Below, piece after piece: positions 10,101-13,439 of a DNA stretch of 13,439 nt. This stretch comes from an uncultured bacterium (lineage in GTDB: Bacteria; CSSED10-310; CAZUFC01), in assembly GCA_964619725.1 (NCBI GenBank), contig CAZUFC010000182.1:1-13439 (forward strand). Direction: 5' to 3'. The position numbers and the translations under genes are program-made. Numbering within the stretch: the stretch's first letter is position 1; the number at the start of each line of letters is the position of its first letter. The notes under the pieces were generated by a model. The model worked only from the letters and a program-made list of their open reading frames with translations. It was not told where the DNA came from and ran no database searches.

Positions 10101-12485
10101 CCAGTTGGCCATTGTGTAGCAGTATTCGGAACCTTGCACGTTGACTTCGTAAAGCGATTTGGGAGGATCGCAACTGAACGTCACCGGAAGCAGGACTTCG
10201 GTCCCGGCTGCCGTTGCGCTGAGATTGCCGGTCAAAGATGTCTGACCTTCCTGAAACAGAGGTTCGACCAGAAAGTCGGAGTGAGTCCCGCTGTTGATGA
10301 AATAATGGTCCACGTGAGGCAGGAACAACACGCTGCTTAAGAGGTCGCCATCCGCCGCCACCGTGACGTCGGTCAGGGGATCGCCGTCGTTGGTTATGCG
10401 GCAGGTCTTGACCAGGGTGTCGGGGTCTTCCGCTTCTTCGGAGAGGCTGAAGTCTATTACGGGCCATTGAACCGTGATCGCCGTGGGTGCAGAATCGGTG
10501 ATGGGGTCTCCGCCTTCGTCCGCGGTGAGCGTCACGGCTATATTGGTAAACGTTTTCTGACCCTGGGGGCCTTCTTCGACGTCCTGTGCGTGTATCACCA
10601 GCTCAATGTTTTCCGTTGTGCCGGGAAGAACGTTTACTGTCTCGTCTTCGCTTCCCGGTCCCACGAAATTGACGATCAGCTCGTCGTTTGGATTCTCTAT
10701 CTGAAGTCTCACTTCATGTTCGAGGATGTCCTGGTTGTAGACGGAGACCTGGGCGCCCTGGTCGTAGTCCCGTTCTACGCTGAAGGAATAGGAATCGTCG
10801 GTGAATATCACGCCGTTGCCGACCGTGAAACTCCACACGGGAGTATCAACCGATCCGCAAAGCGATTCGGCGCGTGCGTACCATTCATAGGTTTCGTTGC
10901 GGTCCAGGTTTTCTATTTCAATATTATGCGCTGTTTCTCCTTCTTGAACCTGGACTTCTGTCCAGTCTCCCGCTCCGGTCTGACGATAGAAAAGGGAGCT
11001 GTCCGCTTCGGTTGAAGTGTTCCAACTGAAAGTTATGTCGCGCGTTCCGGTGGTGGTTCCGTTGGTGGGATTGCGGCCGCTTATTTCGACGGTCGAAACG
11101 ACGTCAAGCTGTGCAGCATCGGTGAAAATTTCCCACATTTCGAAGGAACGGGCTGAAACTTCAAATGGATAGCTGCCGATGTCACCGCAGTCTTCGGGAA
11201 CCGTTACCATAAGATCGATTTCAGCGGTTTCGCCGGCGTTGACGGGGAGAGCCTGCTTTTCCAGCTCATACCAGCCGGAAGGAAGCGAGCCGTTGAAGAA
11301 CAAAGCGAAAAAATCCTCGCCCATGTTGCCGTTGGTTATCGAGACCTTAAATTCATATTCCGTGCCCACGTCCACCGCTGCGAGCTCAGGCGAAACGTTT
11401 ATCGTCACCGATTGCGGACAGAAGGTTATGGGCGCGTTGCGGCCCGCTGAATTGTTCGTTTCGTTCGATTCCGCCACTTCATCCAGTACATCGGCCGCGA
11501 CCGATATTTCGGCGCCGCATACCGCTGTCCAGGACTCCGCTAACTGATCTGATTCGCCGGGCGCCAGAGGTCCTAAAGGCTGGTCCGTTCCGAACTGAAG
11601 CGGCCCCGACCCGTAGTCCGCGTAAAACCTGACTGAAAATCCGGCCGCATCCTCGTTGCCTTCGTTGGTTACGAGAACGGTTACGGTTATCTCCTCGTTT
11701 TCTGAAGAATATGAGGGAAGGAATGAAAAATCCTGACTGCGAACGACCAGGTCGGGTTGAGGCATGGGCGTATGCGTCGCAGTGGGACTGGGCGTCCAGG
11801 TCATCGTCACGGTCCGGGTCGGAGACAGCGTGGGGGAACGTGTCGGAGAGAGTGTGGGCGAAAGGGTCGGTGAGCGGGTCGGCGTTCTGGTCGGCGTCCG
11901 CGTCGGCGTTCTGGTCGGCGTTTTGGTCGGCGTCCGCGTCGGCGATACTGTGGCCGTCGGTATGGCAGGTATGATCGGGACCGAGAAATAACGGTGACAG
12001 TAAAGATCATGTCCGCCGTTCGTCCAGATCGCACGACCCTGTATCCAGGTACCCCATCCATAACTGGCTTCCGTTACGGTCATTAAAGAGCCGCTAAAAC
12101 CTCCGGAACGCACAGTCCAGTACTGCATGTCGGAACCGTAAGTGTTTATGCTCTGAGTTCCGTTGGGAAATTTAAACGATCCGTCGCCCAGCGTGAATTC
12201 GCCGGCGAATCCCGCTATGCACCCGGAATCCCATCCGTCAATGTGCAAATAGTAGTACTGTCCGCCGGCATAATTGACTTCAGTATCAAAGTTATATGTG
12301 TGGGTCCAGTTGTTTCCTGAACCAAACTGTGAGCCGGCCGTCCCGTCATTAGTACTGATATAGACGTTGAAAGCATTATCTACCGTCATCGTCGCATGAA
12401 GATTCGTCGCCTGCGCTGAATCTAAACCTAGAATCATGACGGACAGGAAAATTGCTAATACGGCTATTATTCTTTCATGAAGCAT
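4065..12485 (-). CDS. Giant (2806 aa) secreted, C-terminally anchored multidomain surface protein or adhesin with CARDB, Ig/Fn3-like, CarboxypepD_reg-like, beta-helix, dockerin and cohesin domains
   Basis: Uninterrupted 8.4-kb ORF with RBS, signal peptide, three Thr/Pro linkers, CARDB motifs (PDLVV..VTNEG..ESNETNN), a C-terminal TM helix plus KK, and a terminator. Confidence 0.95.
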   Translation of the reverse strand: MLHERIIAVLAIFLSVMILGLDSAQATNLHATMTVDNAFNVYISTNDGTAGSQFGSGNNWTHTYNFDTEVNYAGGQYYYLHIDGWDSGCIAGFAGEFTLGDGSFKFPNGTQSINTYGSDMQYWTVRSGGFSGSLMTVTEASYGWGTWIQGRAIWTNGGHDLYCHRYFSVPIIPAIPTATVSPTRTPTKTPTRTPTRTPTRTPTRSPTLSPTLSPTRSPTLSPTRTVTMTWTPSPTATHTPMPQPDLVVRSQDFSFLPSYSSENEEITVTVLVTNEGNEDAAGFSVRFYADYGSGPLQFGTDQPLGPLAPGESDQLAESWTAVCGAEISVAADVLDEVAESNETNNSAGRNAPITFCPQSVTINVSPELAAVDVGTEYEFKVSITNGNMGEDFFALFFNGSLPSGWYELEKQALPVNAGETAEIDLMVTVPEDCGDIGSYPFEVSARSFEMWEIFTDAAQLDVVSTVEISGRNPTNGTTTGTRDITFSWNTSTEADSSLFYRQTGAGDWTEVQVQEGETAHNIEIENLDRNETYEWYARAESLCGSVDTPVWSFTVGNGVIFTDDSYSFSVERDYDQGAQVSVYNQDILEHEVRLQIENPNDELIVNFVGPGSEDETVNVLPGTTENIELVIHAQDVEEGPQGQKTFTNIAVTLTADEGGDPITDSAPTAITVQWPVIDFSLSEEAEDPDTLVKTCRITNDGDPLTDVTVAADGDLLSSVLFLPHVDHYFINSGTHSDFLVEPLFQEGQTSLTGNLSATAAGTEVLLPVTFSCDPPKSLYEVNVQGSEYCYTMANWFCTNRPVINMGFHVSVGTGDIDTAVVYTTYQPRSDVRPHFVDIYINNHLVGELNDVVPSGTYGFAFDPAFLNINPSGTGSNTLKMITQHFNGGHYVVSTNNLVALTLESSSGFICAENQTQAEAIALTLPHNCDEYDFDLDPRIRSVWILDDQGNPRNTFYPGETVQVKIRAENPHPLDAYNVSYTLKIDYDGDTENPEYDSYQEAEDWIAVMEHNSDDYHSWFWTIPGGSPTMQVTVEAHDAADYDTCWDCPGWNWGFNVGGGISGYVRDGIFLFPVEGASVTAAGGYSDPDGTDAEGFYRIERIPNGTYNVTASAAGYAPSALTGLQVQGEMLINQDFRMYTPTATRTPTITPTPTLSSTPTLSPTATLSPTRTATKTPTRTPTYPPTYTWTPTPSPTNSPYPAADLLVRAPDIAFAPAVPDENVTVSIDAETTNIGNVPSGSFVVRFYEDNGSGPVQIGSDHNVASLDVDESAVLSETWTTVCGSVISVTADADDDVSELNENNNTGARTAPIKYCPDAVGLTVLPETASAAPGTDYKYYITVKNDNLGIDAFDLSVDGTLPPAWYSLEPASLKLNAGEEGESKLSVSIPDNCGVLGSYSFQVQADSQEMSETFTDDADLDVVSDITVTQRHPVNGTTVGSRDVAFSFTTSSPADSTLFCRVSGAGVWSQTPVASGKTVHDAELENLDRNTVYEWYVHVDSLCGSADSAVWTFKVGNGVIFDQDSYHFTVDRDYDQHASIQVYNQNVIAHEAELSIDNPNEELIVNFIGPGSEDETVLIQPGQTETVELVIHTQDVQRTQPGPVVFDNVVVMLTAEEAGEPITDSARTSITVSWPVIDFELTEESEDPDTLVKTLRFSNNGDALTDVSIVAEDGLLGRTLFIPRFNHSNVGSLEYEEFELEPLFQPGLTTLSGQLKASAADETVSLPVTFECLSPKSLYQVTVEGSEYCYSMSDWFCTNRPHIGMRFNVSVALEDIEQAVIYTIFSPRSDVRPHYIDLYINGHLVGELNDIIPDGVYGFAFDPGFLNANPNGSASNSFSIHTQHFNGGHYVVTTSSLAYILLDSSTAYICAENLSQAEAVAALMPHNCAPITFDLDPRVQSVYINDIEDNPTRTFYPGETVHIRVRAENPHPFNVYNAAYTLKIDTDQDTGTVEWDSHDEGQDWNVSLDHNQEAFHTWQWTVPSGSPYVQLTVEAHDANNYSTLYDEPGWNWNFHVGGGITGYVRDGGTMEPMEGAVVATGNGYKDPDGSNASGYYKIERIPNGTYSVIAGAQGYAPQSLAGLQVSGTLLTGQNFYLLTPTATLTATVTRTPTITATPTVTCSPTFTATFTPAGSLTPTRTPTVSPTPTPSLTPTIAPNVVRVDDDWTGTAPGEIVGGEYEFGYDAFAEIKNALPAVSSGGTVYVNEGSYEETILFDPWFEKNDITLTSDAGSRPVINGGIKFQNNYDITGIAISNLILKGKAGYNRIVQFSNSGAVHNFTMDDCLLDGENVPKRHGIYGNRISGSVTITNTEFRNILGFSVFDMDPFVPGPKGENEFEITGITFNDNHIHDCNGTVALRGNHLSKTSSVEIKNNNWQNIGGNHGETGEQWAALEVNHAVTAVIENNVIDGVSEGQSGDGQGIRLWDVDELFMMCNDIINNFEGFRIFAASGPYAGPYAVPKGYAEYNNFAGNQNYGLIVDDDSAGGPFRCDFNWWGDPSGPAGLGIGNGDEIWGDVLYSPWLEAWQGDPCPPDCWNDGDVTNDAKLSVMDALITFQLYLELIPYPTFEELCSADCNANLQITPEDAQCIFQHFLWLPCDCADPVVAKNAFRSRTAMKLKKQSFKGSISLPPTFGCHDDIIEIPVRIAKMQSHVQAFAFDLQYDPDILQFIDCRAADLTSSFRFFDFNRLQDNTLRIAGFDPFVSINQNESGALALLKFKVRCNDCSEGQTSHINITNLYDHLSGFNTYNGIFTFDCSSPSSTELFASALSNQKSDSQSEIHDIPSSSVPILTLLIVTLSLIILKKSH
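4221..4616 (-). other. Cohesin-like domain
   Basis: IIEIPVRI..VQAFAFDLQYDPDILQF..LRIAGFD..GALALLKFKV. Confidence 0.8.
4689..4892 (-). other. Dockerin-like domain, Cys-rich
   Basis: Two F-hand loop-helix repeats, GDVTNDAKLSVMDAL and ADCNANLQITPEDAQ, with 6 Cys in the domain. Confidence 0.8.
4925..6017 (-). other. Right-handed parallel beta-helix (pectin-lyase-like) domain
   Basis: N-cap AFAEIKNALPAVSSGGTVYVNEGSYEE, repeated I.NN.I / F.DN.I rungs, and a C-cap NWWGDPSGP..YSPWL. Confidence 0.8.
6020..6197 (-). repeat. Thr/Pro-rich linker 3
   Basis: TPTATLTATVTRTPTITATPTVTCSPTFTATFTPAGSLTPTRTPTVSPTPTPSLTPT. Confidence 0.9.
6198..8879 (-). repeat. Internal module copy 2 (894 aa)
   Basis: Homologous to 9072..11753 with the same domain order: CARDB, Ig-like, Fn3-like, further beta-sandwiches, CTNRP/NGGHY domain, CarboxypepD_reg-like. 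Confidence 0.92.
8895..9071 (-). repeat. Thr/Pro-rich linker 2
   Basis: TPTATRTPTITPTPTLSSTPTLSPTATLSPTRTATKTPTRTPTYPPTYTWTPTPSPT. Confidence 0.9.
9072..11753 (-). repeat. Internal module copy 1 (894 aa)
   Basis: Aligns to 6198..8879 at a constant 2874-nt offset, checked at the start, WFCTNRP, NGGHY and the end. Confidence 0.92.
11765..11960 (-). repeat. Thr/Pro-rich linker 1 (TPTR / SPTL 12-nt repeats)
   Basis: Units GTCGGCGTTCTG and GTCGGCGTCCGC on the + strand; the protein reads SPTRTPTKTPTRTPTRTPTRTPTRSPTLSPTLSPTRSPTLSPT. Confidence 0.9.
11965..12407 (-). other. N-terminal beta-sandwich, lectin-like domain (~145 aa)
   Basis: MTVDNAFNVYISTND..GNNW..YYLHI..AGFAGEF..NGTQS..WG.W..AIW..YFS. 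It is aromatic-rich and resembles, from memory, the passenger domains of some small PEP-CTERM proteins. Confidence 0.5.
12408..12485 (-). other. Sec signal peptide (predicted cleavage SAQA|T)
   Basis: MLHERIIAVLAIFLSVMILGLDSAQA: short charged n-region, hydrophobic core, A-x-A site. Confidence 0.85.
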
Positions 12486-12491
12486 GGGTAA

Positions 12492-12498
12492 CTCCTTT
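12492..12498 (-). promoter_or_regulatory. Shine-Dalgarno sequence of the giant gene
   Basis: The minus strand reads AAAGGAG-ttaccc-ATG. Confidence 0.85.
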
Positions 12499-12510
12499 CA
12501 ACCCTCTTGA

Positions 12511-12580
12511 GTCAATAATGAAATATTGACCGAAAATCCTTTTAATTCATAATCAGTCTGATTTTGTATAAATACTGACC
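12511..12580. promoter_or_regulatory. Putative operator sites in the AT-rich intergenic region
   Basis: GTCAATA-N6-TATTGAC (12511-12530), AATCAG-T-CTGATT (12551-12563), and direct repeat AAATA[T/C]TGACC at 12521 and 12570. Confidence 0.45.
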
Positions 12581-12612
12581 TTAATAATTATATTTAAATC
12601 TTTTCCTTTCCA

Positions 12613-13439
12613 TTATTTTGCATTAATGTTTCCATAATTCTTAGAAATAAGAACAGAGATAATCAAAACGATAAGCGTGAGGAGTCCGGCGGAAGCGGAA
12701 GGGATGTAGTGACTGCGCGTAGAGGATTCTGAAGGCGATTGAGGATCAGCAGAGGCTTGAATTGAATGGGCGGCGGTTGAGGAGCAATTATGGGTAAAGT
12801 ATCCGTGTGATGCGCGGAAGGAGGCTATGTGGTCGTAGAGTCTGGCGAAGGAGAGGGAAGAAATGATGCCGTCGGGACATTCGGCGCAATTAACATTAAA
12901 CCGGAGGATTGCGATGGCTCCGTTTTCATTCTGCGTAATGGGCGTAAAGGGATCGAAGGCGGCGATTCTGATTTTATCAGAGTCGATGATGTTTGAATCG
13001 AAGAATCTGAAATGAGAAGTAATCGGTCCCTGTCGCGCTTCAATGAATTCCAGGATTTCGGGATCATATTGGATATCGAGAGCGAATGCCTGAATGGAGG
13101 ATTCGAGTTGAGCGATTTCGACGGGTATTTCGATGATGTCACCGTTGCATGCTGATGTATCAGGGAGAGAAATGATTCCCTGGGGTTTATGGTGATGGAG
13201 GGTGAGCGCATGTGAGGATGCTGAGGCATAACGATTTTCAGCAATGGGGTCTTCGCAATCGCAGGGGAGGAGGAGGAAGTGCTGGAAGATGCATTGGGCG
13301 TCGCTGGGGGAGATGTCGATATCGGCGTTGCAGTCTGCAGAGCAAAATTCTTCGTAAGTGGGGTAAGGAATCATTTCGAGATAGAGCTGGAAAGCAAGGA
13401 GGGCATCCCTGACGGTAAGCGCTGCATCGTTATTAACGT
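12613..13439 (-). CDS. 3' end of a paralogous surface protein: dockerin, cohesin, IPS-TM anchor; 5' end lies outside the window
   Basis: The frame is open to the window edge (VNNDAALTVRDALLAFQLYLEMIPYPTYEEFCSADCNAD...), so ATG 13374 is internal. It is clearly homologous to 4065-4892. Confidence 0.92.
   Translation of the reverse strand, partial: VNNDAALTVRDALLAFQLYLEMIPYPTYEEFCSADCNADIDISPSDAQCIFQHFLLLPCDCEDPIAENRYASASSHALTLHHHKPQGIISLPDTSACNGDIIEIPVEIAQLESSIQAFALDIQYDPEILEFIEARQGPITSHFRFFDSNIIDSDKIRIAAFDPFTPITQNENGAIAILRFNVNCAECPDGIISSLSFARLYDHIASFRASHGYFTHNCSSTAAHSIQASADPQSPSESSTRSHYIPSASAGLLTLIVLIISVLISKNYGNINAK

Noticed and set aside
6198-11753. DGR template/variable repeat pair
   Set aside because: Differences are not adenine-specific, the repeat is kilobases long and in-frame, and there is no reverse transcriptase in the window.
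4106-12061. Many alternative-frame and antisense ORFs inside the giant gene (including Val/Gly-rich ones)
   Set aside because: They are shadows of biased codon usage and of the Thr/Pro repeats, with no independent protein signatures.
13372-13374. ATG 13374 as the start of a 253-aa protein
   Set aside because: The frame stays open to the window edge and continues dockerin homology, and there is no signal peptide.

Overview
The window has two parts. The left ~4 kb is an accessory patchwork: the 3' end of a probable CRISPR type III RAMP (Cas5/Cmr3-like) gene, a Fic N-terminal remnant, a Cys-containing conserved hypothetical ORF, a frameshifted and truncated mgtE, a decayed SAM-methyltransferase fragment, an intact DUF2062 membrane protein and a small degenerate repeat cluster. 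The right ~9.4 kb (minus strand) holds two tandem paralogous surface-protein genes. One is a complete 2806-aa secreted protein: signal peptide, lectin-like tip domain, Thr/Pro linker, two collinear 894-aa modules each followed by a linker, beta-helix, Cys-rich dockerin, cohesin and an IPS-TM-basic C-terminal anchor. The other is the 3' end of an upstream gene with the same dockerin-cohesin-anchor tail. The most interesting signal is a dockerin next to a cohesin in each of two neighbouring non-cellulolytic membrane-anchored proteins. Family assignments come from motif recognition by eye; no searches were run.
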